Positions 37,622 through 47,386 are shown, counted from the stretch's first letter. The stretch is DNA of 64,000 nt from Sodaliphilus sp. (GCA_963660435.1 CAVKYI010000009.1:371-64370), one strand, 5' to 3'. Notes: a model not told the origin generated them from the letters alone. Numbers and translations: made by a program.

Positions 37622-37655
37622 AAAACACGAAAAGCCGCCTTGAACGCAAAGCGGC
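37622..37655 (-). terminator. putative intrinsic terminator of rpmB
   Basis: Minus strand GCCGCTTTGCGTTCAAGGCGGC hairpin followed by TTTTCGTGTTTT, 23 nt after the rpmB stop. Confidence 0.5.
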
Positions 37656-37677
37656 ATTCCAAACAAATCCCGGGGAA

Positions 37678-37899
37678 TTAAATTCCGAGTTCCTGAACGA
37701 CAGCGAAGATGCCGCGCTTCTGGATCGTGCGAAGACCGGCAGCGCTGACGCGGAGAGTCACCCAGCGATCTTCTTCCGGAACGTAGAAACGCTTCGTTTG
37801 AAGATTCGGATACTGCTTCACCAACTTCTTGCGGTTGGAGTGAGAAACCATGTTGCCGACGAGGGCACCTTTTCCAGAAACTTGACAAATACGGCTCAT
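37678..37899 (-). CDS. rpmB: 50S ribosomal protein L28
   Basis: [39 protein letters not shown]... is a canonical L28. 73 aa. Confidence 0.95.
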   Translation of the reverse strand: MSRICQVSGKGALVGNMVSHSNRKKLVKQYPNLQTKRFYVPEEDRWVTLRVSAAGLRTIQKRGIFAVVQELGI

Positions 37900-37954
37900 T
37901 GTATAAACTCCGTGTTTTTTATGGGCACAACATTAGTTAATTTGACGGATTTCG

Positions 37955-38887
37955 TCAAGACACCAACTCCGCCGGCAACGGAAACTTTACCTTTTCCTGC
38001 ATCGTGACCCAGTTTTCGACCTCGATTCCCGGATATTTCCGGCGCATCCAGGAAACAACATCCTGTACAAGGTCGTCCGGGGCGCTCGCACCGCTCGAAA
38101 GTCCCACCGAATCCACACCGGAAAACCAGGTCGGATCGATATTTTCCACGCTATCGATTAGCCGCGAGGGAATCCCATGTTCCACACCCAGTTCCGCAAG
38201 GCGGCTTGAATTCGACGAATTCTGCGACCCCACGACAAGCAGGAACTGCACCTTGTCACAAAGCGAAGCGACCGTTCCCTGGCGGTTTCCCGTCGCATAG
38301 CAGATATCGCCGCGCGCCGGTCCTTCGATATCCGGAAAAGCCTCGTGCAAGGCTTCGATCACTCCCTTCGTCTCCGAGGCGGAAAGCGTCGTCTGGGTGA
38401 TGTAGGCGAGTTTCGTCCCAACCGGGAAACGCAGTCTTTTCACGTCTTCCGCATTCCGGATAAGCGTCATGGAGCCTTCGGACAGTTGCCCGAGATGCCC
38501 TTCGACTTCGGCATGTCCCGCATGGCCGATCAGGATCACGTGCTTCCCTTCGGCATGGTGTCGCTTTGCGCTCATGTGGACGCGCTGGACCAGCGGGCAT
38601 GTCGCGTCGAGGATGTGCAAATTTCGCGATCGAGCCTCGTTGTACACTTTTTCGGGAACCCCGTGTGCCGAAAAGACGACGGTCGCCCCTTCGGGAACAT
38701 CTTTCAGGTCTTCGACAAAGACGGCGCCCTGTTCCCGAAAACGGCTCACGACAAAAGCGTTGTGCACGATTTCATGGCGCACGTAAATCGGCGCTCCGTA
38801 CTTTTCGAGAGCTTTCGAAACGACGTGCAGAGCGCGATCCACTCCGGCGCAAAAGCCTCTCGGACTAGCCAAGTAAAGTTTTTTCAT
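37955..38887 (-). CDS. ispH: 4-hydroxy-3-methylbut-2-enyl diphosphate reductase
   Basis: MKKLYLASPRGFCAGVDRA..., HEIVHN, FSAHGV, DATCPLV. ATG 38887 overlaps the waaA stop (ATGA). Confidence 0.9.
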   Translation of the reverse strand: MKKLYLASPRGFCAGVDRALHVVSKALEKYGAPIYVRHEIVHNAFVVSRFREQGAVFVEDLKDVPEGATVVFSAHGVPEKVYNEARSRNLHILDATCPLVQRVHMSAKRHHAEGKHVILIGHAGHAEVEGHLGQLSEGSMTLIRNAEDVKRLRFPVGTKLAYITQTTLSASETKGVIEALHEAFPDIEGPARGDICYATGNRQGTVASLCDKVQFLLVVGSQNSSNSSRLAELGVEHGIPSRLIDSVENIDPTWFSGVDSVGLSSGASAPDDLVQDVVSWMRRKYPGIEVENWVTMQEKVKFPLPAELVS

Positions 38888-40122
38888 TTTGAAGTTTCCA
38901 TCTGACTTGATTTTGTACAATCGCATGGGAAAGAGGCATTTCGCCCGATGACCGTTTCGACAAAGCGCCTGAACGCTTCATAGGAGGCAAGAACCCTTTC
39001 CCGTTCCCTCGAAAGCGCGCGTTCGACATCTTCGGTCGAGGAAATTTTTCGATTCGGGTATTCGGACGGTTTCCGTATCTGGAAAAGAGCCTTTTCGCGA
39101 AGCAGCGAGCGAACCGCATCCCGCTGTCCTCGAAAATACGGGCCGATGCAGGTCGGAACGTTCATTCGTAACGGTTCCCAGAAATCGTGAACGCCTAGGG
39201 TCCGCACAAACGAACCTCCGACAACCACCGACCGGGAAACTCGCAACACTTCGGAAGTCTTGCCGTAAGTCGTCACCAGGGAGACCGCGCCGCATTTCAC
39301 GGCGGGCCAAGAAAGCATCGGGACGTTGCGCCGAGAAAGCGCTCTGCGAAACTCCGGAATTTCCGTTGCGAATCGCGGAGCGACCGCCACGGCCTCTCCC
39401 GCGGAAACGGCAAGCGCAGCCATTTCCACAAGAGCCTTGAGTTCTTCACGGTGAAACGACAGAAACGCCGTATCGACCGGAGTTTCATCCCTGTTCGGAC
39501 ATTTTACGTTGGACTTCGCCCATGGCAAAAGCTTCCAGTCGCCACCGACAATCGCCTTGGCGGCAAACAGATAGTCTCCCGCCGCCATAAACCGAGCAAG
39601 GTCTGCCGCGGTCTGCATCGACACAAAGCCGATTCCACCAAACGATTCCGCAGAGAGGCAGCGATAAAAACGCCCGGAAACAAGGGCTACCGAAGGGATC
39701 TCGAACCGCCGACGCATCGCCGACAGGAATCCGGGCCAAAGTTCGTTTTCTGCAAGGACAAGCAGGAGCGGTTTCGCCGTTTCCAGGAAGCGTTTCATCC
39801 CTCTCGGCGTATCTAACGGGGCGATCGAAACGGCAATGCCGCATGAGGCGGCAAGCGGTTTCAGGAAAGATTCCACTTCGACTTTCTGCGTCGTAATCAG
39901 AATCGGCGGCAAGTTCGGAATTTCTTCGAGCAAAATCTTGGCAAGACCGAGAAGCATCTTGCATTCCCCAAGGCTTGCCCCATGCATCCACAGGCACGGA
40001 CCTTCCGCAAACGGTCCGTCCAGACGGTTTTCGATCCGAAACCTTTCATCCAGCGGAGCGATCTTGCTTGCCATGCGAGCCACGACTCCGAGAACGTTTC
40101 GAACAATTTCCAGACCGATCAT
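38884..40122 (-). CDS. waaA: 3-deoxy-D-manno-octulosonic acid (Kdo) transferase
   Basis: LWMHGASLGECKML motif, glycosyltransferase C-terminal half (VVGGSF...GVHDFWEP). 412 aa. Confidence 0.8.
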   Translation of the reverse strand: MIGLEIVRNVLGVVARMASKIAPLDERFRIENRLDGPFAEGPCLWMHGASLGECKMLLGLAKILLEEIPNLPPILITTQKVEVESFLKPLAASCGIAVSIAPLDTPRGMKRFLETAKPLLLVLAENELWPGFLSAMRRRFEIPSVALVSGRFYRCLSAESFGGIGFVSMQTAADLARFMAAGDYLFAAKAIVGGDWKLLPWAKSNVKCPNRDETPVDTAFLSFHREELKALVEMAALAVSAGEAVAVAPRFATEIPEFRRALSRRNVPMLSWPAVKCGAVSLVTTYGKTSEVLRVSRSVVVGGSFVRTLGVHDFWEPLRMNVPTCIGPYFRGQRDAVRSLLREKALFQIRKPSEYPNRKISSTEDVERALSRERERVLASYEAFRRFVETVIGRNASFPCDCTKSSQMETSK

Positions 40123-40129
40123 GGGGACC

Positions 40130-40714
40130 TTAAAGATTCAGCGCGAAGGGCAAATCCAGATGCCGACGCGACACGAGTAGAAATGTATAAAACAAAAGCC
40201 AGAACCATGTCCAGCGATCGCTCCAAAATGCGCACAGGACATTCCTTTTTTCGCCGGAGCAAGCTTCCACGTCCCCGGCTTTTCCATTCGGAAAGAACAT
40301 CGGCGTTTTCCGTTTCCAGAGCAAGAAAGCTTTTCCAAAATTTTCAAGAAGAAACGCGTCCTCGGATTTAGCGAGAGCAATTACAAACAGGACGATAGCC
40401 AGGGCCAAAACGAGAGACACCTCGCAGACTCCGAGATGGAACAGGATGAACGCAAGGCAAAGGCAAAGATTCGACAGATACAGCGGATGCCGCACTTTCG
40501 AATAGATTCCGGATGTCACGAGTTTCGGAGCGGACTTTTCCTTTCCGCGCGAATGTTCCCCGATAACGCGACGCGCCTCGATCCGCAAGACCGCACCGAG
40601 AAACGCAAGACATATCGCCGACAGGGGAATTCTTTCCGCGGAACACGGGAAGAGCCAAAGGAAAAGCGCGAGACATCCCAGAACCTCTCCGCGAAACCGA
40701 TAGAGCCATTTCAT
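40130..40714 (-). CDS. ICMT/PEMT-family membrane methyltransferase
   Basis: Multi-TM. Signature LVTSGIYSKVRHPLYLSNL. Start overlaps the ABC transporter stop (ATGA). Confidence 0.7.
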   Translation of the reverse strand: MKWLYRFRGEVLGCLALFLWLFPCSAERIPLSAICLAFLGAVLRIEARRVIGEHSRGKEKSAPKLVTSGIYSKVRHPLYLSNLCLCLAFILFHLGVCEVSLVLALAIVLFVIALAKSEDAFLLENFGKAFLLWKRKTPMFFPNGKAGDVEACSGEKRNVLCAFWSDRWTWFWLLFYTFLLVSRRHLDLPFALNL

Positions 40715-42285
40715 CGCAAGGCCTCCAGCGAGGAAAAATCCAGAGTTTCGAACCGACCTTTCAAATCGCCATCGACCGGTTCATGCGACGCGAGAAAAAT
40801 CCACTTTCCATAAAATTCCGCACAATCCAGGAAACAGCGCAGAATCGGCTCCCGTTCCCGTTCGGCGATAAAGGCGAAGGGCTCGTCGAGCAAAAGCACT
40901 TGCGCCGGGGACGAAAGCGCCCACAAGAGAGCGACCTTCGCCCGCTCGCCACCGGAAAGTCCTCGTTTTTCGAGAAGCCGCGCCGCGGACAGCGAATTCA
41001 TCGCTTTCAAGAAGGCGTCATCGTCGCGAAGCGTACGTATTCGCCGAAAAAGGATTTCCCTGTCCGGCAAGACCAGATCCTGCGAAACGAGAAATATCCC
41101 TCGTTCCACAAGCATCTCGGGCAAGAGAATCTTTCCGGAAAGAGGTTCTTCCAGTCCGGCGACAAGCCGCAAGAGCGTCGATTTGCCGCAACCGTTCGGG
41201 CCCTGCAGGAAAATCGGGCGCTCGGGGAAAAGCCGCAAGTTCAGGTTTTCGAAAACAGGATTACCTTGCGCGAAATTCCCATAGGAAAAACGGACATTCG
41301 AAAAGACGAGAGCGCGTTCCTTCGTAATGTCTCTTTTTCTCTTTCGCGGTTCCCTTTCCAAGCTTCGAAGCGCATTCTGCGCGCTTTTCGCAAGTCGAAT
41401 CTGGGGAAGCAGCCGAGAGCACTCCTTGACAGGCTTGTAGCAAAGGAACAGGGCGGAACAGTACAGAACAAGCCCTTCCGCATCCAGGCGCCCCGAAAGG
41501 ATCATCCAGCCGCAAAAAGCGAGGACCAATACGACGGCAAGCAGGGAAAAGGCTTCCATTCCTTGCGAAAGCGCCACTTTCCGCTGTCCAACGCCAAGTC
41601 CGGAAGCAAATACCGATCGAATCGAAGCGCGAACACTTTTCCCGACCTGCGAAAGCTCCTCCTCGGAACTCCACAGTCTGTAAAAACGCTTCGCCTCTTC
41701 CACTTCGGACCGGAGCTTTCCCCGAAACGCCATTTCCCCTTCCACCGACGGCTTTAGCCCGTGCAGTTTTCTCTGCACATAGGAAACGATCGGAAGCACG
41801 ACAAGCAATACCGCAAGCGTGAGCCCCGGAGAAATGAAGAAAAGCACCGGCAAGAAGACAAGAAGCTGCAATACCGCCTGCAGAGCGAGCATCAGGGATT
41901 CCGCGCTAAAACCCACGACGTGCACCGCATCGTATGCGACCATCAAGCGTTCTCCGTTTCCTTCTTCATGAAAAAAACTTGGCGCAAGCGTCCGCAACCG
42001 ACGCGCAAACCACAGAAGAAGACCCGTTTCCAGATGCCGGCACATCCTTTCGATCGAAACGCCGCGCAGATAGGAAAGCCCCCACCGCAAAACGACAAGC
42101 AGGATTGTCCCGACGAGCCAAAAGGCGAGAGGAAATTCCACCTTCTTCCCGAGAATTTCCATGAACAGGCGAATCGCGCCCAAAAGCGCCGCATCGGCAA
42201 GGCTCGCAAGCAAGACAAGCGGAAACAGGCGAAAAAAAGCCTTGCGGAGATTCCTTTTCAGCCAACCGGATGGATTCATGGCCAC
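40711..42285 (-). CDS. fused permease/ATPase ABC exporter (MsbA-like)
   Basis: Six-TM N-half. NBD with Walker A GPNGCGKSTLLRL, signature LSGGERAKV, Walker B LLLDEP. Confidence 0.8.
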   Translation of the reverse strand: MAMNPSGWLKRNLRKAFFRLFPLVLLASLADAALLGAIRLFMEILGKKVEFPLAFWLVGTILLVVLRWGLSYLRGVSIERMCRHLETGLLLWFARRLRTLAPSFFHEEGNGERLMVAYDAVHVVGFSAESLMLALQAVLQLLVFLPVLFFISPGLTLAVLLVVLPIVSYVQRKLHGLKPSVEGEMAFRGKLRSEVEEAKRFYRLWSSEEELSQVGKSVRASIRSVFASGLGVGQRKVALSQGMEAFSLLAVVLVLAFCGWMILSGRLDAEGLVLYCSALFLCYKPVKECSRLLPQIRLAKSAQNALRSLEREPRKRKRDITKERALVFSNVRFSYGNFAQGNPVFENLNLRLFPERPIFLQGPNGCGKSTLLRLVAGLEEPLSGKILLPEMLVERGIFLVSQDLVLPDREILFRRIRTLRDDDAFLKAMNSLSAARLLEKRGLSGGERAKVALLWALSSPAQVLLLDEPFAFIAEREREPILRCFLDCAEFYGKWIFLASHEPVDGDLKGRFETLDFSSLEALR

Positions 42286-42312
42286 TAAAAATAGAATTTT
42301 AAAATTTTCCCC

Positions 42313-42340
42313 TTGACTAACGCAAATAGTTTCCTATATT
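42313..42340 (+). promoter_or_regulatory. putative sigma70-type promoter of tRNA-Glu
   Basis: TTGACT (42313-42318), 16-nt spacer, TATATT (42335-42340), 17 nt upstream of the tRNA 5' end. Confidence 0.5.
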
Positions 42341-42357
42341 TGGCACATCTAAGCGAT

Positions 42358-42430
42358 GCCCCTATCGTCTAGAGGCCTAGGACATGGGATTTTCATTCCC
42401 AGAACATGGGTTCGAATCCCGTTGGGGGTA
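42358..42430 (+). tRNA. tRNA-Glu (anticodon UUC)
   Basis: GTCTAGAGGCCTAGGAC D-arm typical of tRNA-Glu. Anticodon arm TGGGA-TTTTCAT-TCCCA. T-arm ATGGG-TTCGAAT-CCCGT. Acceptor GCCCCTA/TGGGGGT, so 1:72 would be G-U. Confidence 0.85.
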
Positions 42431-42431
42431 T

Positions 42432-42466
42432 AAAAAAGTTCGTTGCAAGCGCAGCGAACTTTTTTG
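42432..42466. terminator. bidirectional hairpin terminator (tRNA-Glu and the convergent TPR-like gene)
   Basis: A6-AAGTTCG...CGAACTT-T6 (7-bp outer stem with an inner TGC/GCA). Confidence 0.5.
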
Positions 42467-42504
42467 TCTTTTCGGACAAGGCTTTTCCAAAAAAAAGCGA
42501 TTGC

Positions 42505-43251
42505 CTACTTCATCTTTTCCCGAATCTTTTTTTTCAAATCCTTCAGCTTCCAACGGGTCCGCTTGTCCTCTACGAGGAAATCCGTGCGGACGCCCCGATC
42601 CAAGGCGTCATTCACGTATTTCAACGCTTCGTCGTAACGCTTCTGGTCAAAGCGAAGCTCCGCGAGAAAGAGCATCGTGTTGATATCCTTCGGGTTTTCT
42701 TCGTGCGCCATCAGCAGATACTTTTCGGCGAGTTTCTTGTCCGGCCAGTTCAGGAAGATGGGAATATAGGGCAAGAGCTGGTGCGCGCGACCGAGGAACT
42801 GGTAATTCTTCGCTTCGAGCGAAAGGTCCCGAACCTTGGCCGCCGCCCCTTCCTTGACAGCCTGGAAAGCTCCGTATTCGTTCGCCCAGAGAGAGAGATT
42901 CTGCGCATACAGCGATGTTATCTTCGGATTGTTCGGAAACTTCGCATGCATTTCTTCGCCGAACTTCTTCGATTCGGCAAACAGCTTCAAGCGAGCCTTG
43001 TGGTCAAACACCACGTGGCAACCCTTGAAATAATAGGCATAGAGCAATCTTTCCGCGACGATTTCCTCGACAGCGGAATCCTTTAGAGCGCGCTTGTAGG
43101 CGAGAATCATCTTTTCGACGACTGCGGAATCCGCATGGTCGTTTTTCGAACGAAGCGCCCGGTTTTCGAACCAGTAGTTGCCGCTATCCAAGTCGCTATT
43201 TGCCAAGGCAAGGCCCAACGACAAAAGCACGGGGAACGCGAAGCGAAACAT
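42505..43251 (-). CDS. hypothetical secreted TPR-like helical protein
   Basis: Signal peptide MFRFAFPVLLSLGLALA. Helical repeat composition. No specific family recognised. Confidence 0.55.
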   Translation of the reverse strand: MFRFAFPVLLSLGLALANSDLDSGNYWFENRALRSKNDHADSAVVEKMILAYKRALKDSAVEEIVAERLLYAYYFKGCHVVFDHKARLKLFAESKKFGEEMHAKFPNNPKITSLYAQNLSLWANEYGAFQAVKEGAAAKVRDLSLEAKNYQFLGRAHQLLPYIPIFLNWPDKKLAEKYLLMAHEENPKDINTMLFLAELRFDQKRYDEALKYVNDALDRGVRTDFLVEDKRTRWKLKDLKKKIREKMK

Positions 43252-43261
43252 TTTCTTCAGG

Positions 43262-43405
43262 TCAGATTTTCCACGTCTGGAGAAGTCGATTTACGGCGGC
43301 GATTCGCGCTTTTTCTTCTTCTATTCCATGGAATGCCTTGAAAAGAAGGTTGCGATATTCCATAAGCGCAGTACGAATGATGACTTTTTCTTCTTTTGTA
43401 AGCAT
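43262..43405 (-). CDS. possible small ORF (47 aa), below the track's length cutoff
   Basis: My translation: MLTKEEKVIIRTALMEYRNLLFKAFHGIEEEKARIAAVNRLLQTWKI. Helical and charged. Ends 10 nt before the TPR-like gene start. No clear RBS. Confidence 0.3.
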   Translation of the reverse strand: MLTKEEKVIIRTALMEYRNLLFKAFHGIEEEKARIAAVNRLLQTWKI

Positions 43406-43451
43406 AGCGGATATAAGCTAGAAATTTTCCCTTGGGGTCAAAAGTTCATAA

Positions 43452-44804
43452 TTATTGTTTTTTGCGTTTCGCGAGCTTTCCCGTAAAGTAGTCCTGCTGG
43501 CGCGTGGAACCGAGAACAGCGTGCCACAGCGGACTGTCCGGCTTGATCTTGCGTCGTTCGCTCACGGCAAAGTCTATCGGCACATGGGTGAACCTTTCGT
43601 TCATGCTCCCGACGACCATGTTCGTCTTTCCCGCCATCGCCGCATGGACGGCGTTTTCCGCCAGCTGGTAGCAGAAGATGGCATCGGTTCCCTTCGCGGG
43701 AATGCTGCGAACCATATAGCTCGGGTCAAAATACTTGATGTTGATTTCCATCCCGATTTTCTTGAAATGCTCGTCGATCTTTTCGACCAGATAGTCGCCG
43801 ATGTCGTACTTGAGGATGTTCCCCGAAGCGTCCTTTCGTTGGGGAAGTCCCTTGAAGAGATGCTGCCCCGCGCCTTCGGCAACGACAAGCACCGCATGTT
43901 TCTTGCCGATAGCGTAGCGGTTTTCGAGAGCGTTGAAAAGTCCGCCTTCGCCTTCGAGCTTGAACGGCACCTCCGGAATCAGGCAGAAGTTCACGACCGT
44001 CGTCGCGAGCGAAGCGTCCGCCGCGATGAATCCGGAATCGCGCCCCATGAGCTTCACCAGGCCGAGACCGTTGAACGCGCCGTTCGCTTCGCAGTGGGCG
44101 CTCGTTATCACGTTGCATGCGGCGAGAACAGCCGTTTCGAACCCAAATGTCCTATCGACCAGGTTCAAGTCGTTGTCTATCGTCTTGGGAATTCCGATGA
44201 CCGAAATGGGCTGCCTGCGACGCTTGATTTCCTTGGCGATGTCCCGCGCGCCGCGGAGCGTCCCGTCTCCTCCGATGCAGAAAAGCATGTTGATGTTCAG
44301 GCGCATCAGCGTATCGACCATGACTTCGGAACTTTGCTCGCCGCGCGAGCTTCCGAGAATCGTTCCGCCGTCTTCCTGGATGTTATCGACAATGTCCGGG
44401 TCGAGAATCTGCGGAGCGTAGCCGTATTCGGGATTGAGACCGCGATAGCCGTATGGAATGCCGAAAATGTTCCGCACGCCGTAATCGAACCACAGAACGC
44501 GGACAAGGCTCTTGATGACGTTGTTGAGGCCCGGGCAGAGACCGCCACAGGTGACGATGGCCGCGCGCGTCCACGAAGGATCGTGATAGATCATCTGTCG
44601 CGGACCGGCCGCTTCGAGAGAAGGGATAGGCTTTCCCGCCTTGGCGAATTTTTCGATCGTTGCCACGTTCGTCGCGAGACTGACCCGCTTGGAATCATCG
44701 ACAAACTTCAGACCGCTCATCGGCGAAAGCAGCGTGCACTTGCCTACGGTCTCAATCGAAAGATCATATTGTTCGGGATTTTCAAGAATGTCTTCCTTTG
44801 TCAT
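43452..44804 (-). CDS. pfp: 6-phosphofructokinase family enzyme (probably PPi-dependent, long form)
   Basis: AAIVTCGGLCPGLNNVI, IGGDGTLRGA, GIPKTIDNDL, MGRDSGFIA. 450 aa. Confidence 0.85.
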   Translation of the reverse strand: MTKEDILENPEQYDLSIETVGKCTLLSPMSGLKFVDDSKRVSLATNVATIEKFAKAGKPIPSLEAAGPRQMIYHDPSWTRAAIVTCGGLCPGLNNVIKSLVRVLWFDYGVRNIFGIPYGYRGLNPEYGYAPQILDPDIVDNIQEDGGTILGSSRGEQSSEVMVDTLMRLNINMLFCIGGDGTLRGARDIAKEIKRRRQPISVIGIPKTIDNDLNLVDRTFGFETAVLAACNVITSAHCEANGAFNGLGLVKLMGRDSGFIAADASLATTVVNFCLIPEVPFKLEGEGGLFNALENRYAIGKKHAVLVVAEGAGQHLFKGLPQRKDASGNILKYDIGDYLVEKIDEHFKKIGMEINIKYFDPSYMVRSIPAKGTDAIFCYQLAENAVHAAMAGKTNMVVGSMNERFTHVPIDFAVSERRKIKPDSPLWHAVLGSTRQQDYFTGKLAKRKKQ

Positions 44805-44853
44805 AGACGCCTCGTGTTTCTACCTAAAATCTAGAAAACGAACGAACCCGGGA

Positions 44854-46656
44854 CTAGATGTTCAAGAGCGGCAAATGCAGCTTCGTCCGGAGTCCCGGAT
44901 TCGCGTTTTCGATTTCGATCTTCATATTTGTCATTTCGCAGAGCTTCTTGACCATCGAAAGCCCGATGCCCGTACCCGCGGTCGTTCGGGTCATCTCGTT
45001 TCCGATGCGATAGAACTCCTCGAAAACATGTCCCATTTCCTTGGCGGGAATCCCCGGACCGTAGTCGCGGACGACAAAATAGACATCGTCTTCCCGGACG
45101 CGGAGCTCGAGGACTATCATCTTGTAGGCGCTTTCCCGCGCGAACTTGAGCGAATTATCGACGACGTTCATCAGCACCTGCATCACGGCATCCTTGTCGA
45201 GCGTAAGCTCCATGTCGCAGAGGTCGCTCGTCACGGTCAGGTCGAAGCCGTTCTTTTCGATGTTCTGCGTGTACGTGGCGACGAAGGTGTCGAGAATCGT
45301 CTTCGGGTTGATCTTCGTAAACTGCACGTTCCAGTTTCCGCGCTCGATCTTCGAAAGATTCAGCACGTTCTGGATAAGCCGCGAAAGCCTTTCCGTTTCG
45401 CCCACGATAAGCCCGTAATACTTTTGACGTTTCGTCTCGTTTGCGACCCAGGAATTCTGCAGGAGCTCCGCATACATCCGGATGGCCGTAAGCGGCGTCT
45501 TGAGTTCGTGGCTTACCGCCGATACGAAATCCTGCCTCTTGTTCGCGAGGCGGATCTGGCTCTGCGTGGAACGGTAAACCGCGATGAACCCTCCGAGAAT
45601 CGCTCCGCAGATGACAATCCCGATAAGAATTATCAGGGCGCGCCCCATCCCGGAACTTTCCTCCGTCAGATAGACGGAAAGAAACATCTCGTTCAACGGA
45701 AACTGCAACGGGACATCGAGCAGCATCCCGCGCGACTTCTTCGTATTGCCGAAAACGACATAGGGAACGTCCTTCGTCCCGAATTCCAGCGCAAATCCCT
45801 GTTCCGTCGGATTGAACTGCATCTCGTTAAAGACAAGCTTTTCGAGGTAGGGACGCAAGCGGACAGCATAGCCCTGGATAAACTGCTCGTTGTTCCGCCA
45901 GACGTTCCGGTAATAGACGATATAGTTCTGGTTGAATTTCGCCTGGAACGGGTCTATCTCCACTTCGAGAATCGTCGGGTCCGGAATCGAATCGTCGTCC
46001 TGCACGACCCCCTTCTCGGAAATGCGACGGATGCGCGCCGATTCCACGTCGAAAAGAAAGCTTTCCGTCTGCGAACTCTGTTCGTAGCGCCGCTGGAACT
46101 TCTTGCTGTCGTTCAGCTTTACCGCAAGCGTCAGGTTCTTTCCGTAAAGACGGTCGAGACTGTCCTGCGTATTCGCCTGGACCTGTGTACGGCTCCGCCC
46201 TTCGTTGTGGATTCCCAGCTGGTTCAGAACGTTCCGGATGCTGTCCCTCACGATTTCCCGCTTGGCACGATCCTCGACGGGAATTTTCTCGAGAATGCCG
46301 TCCGGAAGAACCGGCGTGTGCATGTCGTCGTCCGGATCGAGCTGAAAGAATCCGATCATCCCCCCGCCGTAATGGCTGCGGATAGGCATCTCCGCGAGCT
46401 TCGAAATCGTCACTTCCTCGCCACCGATAATCGGAACCGCCCGGATAAAGCGGTATTCGGAATAGGAACGCTGTTCTTCAATCGCGAGATCGTCATAGAT
46501 TCGCTGGTTCAGCATCTGCAAAATGAAATACGCCTGTTCCTTGTAGGCGTACTGGGACTCCGTCTGGAGATTACGGTAGGAATTCACCAAAAGGAGCACG
46601 ACGGGAACCGCAATGACCAAAAAGAGAAAAGTGAAAATCAGCTTGAGCCGATTCAT
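44854..46656 (-). CDS. sensor histidine kinase
   Basis: N-terminal TM, large periplasmic region, second TM. H-box FVSAVSHELKTPLTAI. N box and G boxes (DYGPGI, GTGIGLSMV). Confidence 0.85.
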   Translation of the reverse strand: MNRLKLIFTFLFLVIAVPVVLLLVNSYRNLQTESQYAYKEQAYFILQMLNQRIYDDLAIEEQRSYSEYRFIRAVPIIGGEEVTISKLAEMPIRSHYGGGMIGFFQLDPDDDMHTPVLPDGILEKIPVEDRAKREIVRDSIRNVLNQLGIHNEGRSRTQVQANTQDSLDRLYGKNLTLAVKLNDSKKFQRRYEQSSQTESFLFDVESARIRRISEKGVVQDDDSIPDPTILEVEIDPFQAKFNQNYIVYYRNVWRNNEQFIQGYAVRLRPYLEKLVFNEMQFNPTEQGFALEFGTKDVPYVVFGNTKKSRGMLLDVPLQFPLNEMFLSVYLTEESSGMGRALIILIGIVICGAILGGFIAVYRSTQSQIRLANKRQDFVSAVSHELKTPLTAIRMYAELLQNSWVANETKRQKYYGLIVGETERLSRLIQNVLNLSKIERGNWNVQFTKINPKTILDTFVATYTQNIEKNGFDLTVTSDLCDMELTLDKDAVMQVLMNVVDNSLKFARESAYKMIVLELRVREDDVYFVVRDYGPGIPAKEMGHVFEEFYRIGNEMTRTTAGTGIGLSMVKKLCEMTNMKIEIENANPGLRTKLHLPLLNI

Positions 46657-47369
46657 CAGTCCGGTGTTTCGCGCAGCTGGTAGCCTTCACCGCGGAACGT
46701 CACCAAAAGACGCGGGTGCGACGGATCGTCCTCGATTTTCTTGCGAAGCTTCGTGATGTGGATATCGACCGTGCGCGTATCGACCGTTTCCGCATTTTCG
46801 TAGCCCCAGACCTTGTTCAAAAGTTCCGCCCGGGGAACCGCCCTGTCGCGGTTGTTCCAAAGATATTCGAGAATCTCGATTTCCTTGCGGGTGAACGAAA
46901 GCTTTTCCGCGCCGCGGAGCCCGCTGTATTCCCGGAAATTGACCCGGAGATTCCCCGCGGTAAACTTGCTGTCGCCTTCCATGGACTGGAACGAACGGCG
47001 GAGAACCGCTTCGATTCGGGCGAGGAGCATTGGCACGGCAAAAGGCTTCGGCACGTAATCGTCCGCGCCGTATTTGAGACCGTCGATGATATCCTTGTCC
47101 GTATTTTTCGCCGAAAGGATGATGATGGGAACGTCCTTGTCCTGTTCGCGGATCTTGTCGCAAACGGTAAAGCCGTCCATGCCCGGAAGCATCAGGTCGA
47201 GCAGAATCAGCCCGTACTTGCCGCTCAGCCCTTCCGAAAGTCCGGAAATGCCGTCCGCCACATGCTTGACATGGAAGCCCTGGAATTCCAGAAGATCGAC
47301 CAGCCCCTCGGCGATAGCGATTTCGTCTTCGATGATGAGAATCGTGATGCTTGAATTTTTCCTATCCAT
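46656..47369 (-). CDS. OmpR-family response regulator
   Basis: Receiver ILIIEDE...LILLDLMLPGMDGF...SAK. Winged-helix C-terminus (LSFTRKEIEILEYL...VDIHITKLRKKIE...TFRGEGY). Stop overlaps the kinase start (TGATG). Confidence 0.9.
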   Translation of the reverse strand: MDRKNSSITILIIEDEIAIAEGLVDLLEFQGFHVKHVADGISGLSEGLSGKYGLILLDLMLPGMDGFTVCDKIREQDKDVPIIILSAKNTDKDIIDGLKYGADDYVPKPFAVPMLLARIEAVLRRSFQSMEGDSKFTAGNLRVNFREYSGLRGAEKLSFTRKEIEILEYLWNNRDRAVPRAELLNKVWGYENAETVDTRTVDIHITKLRKKIEDDPSHPRLLVTFRGEGYQLRETPD

Positions 47370-47386
47370 GCAAGAAGCTCCGAAAA

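Noticed and set aside
44641-46683. 680-aa plus-strand ORF, together with 43455..44834 (459 aa), 24580..25800 (406 aa), 6433..7947 (504 aa), 52398..53918 (506 aa), 8652..9632 and 49686..50681
   Set aside because: All are antisense to genes with clear catalytic motifs: histidine kinase, PFK, GltX, BatA/B, the adhesin, DUF58 and FISUMP. All show the R/V/D/H-rich shadow-frame composition.
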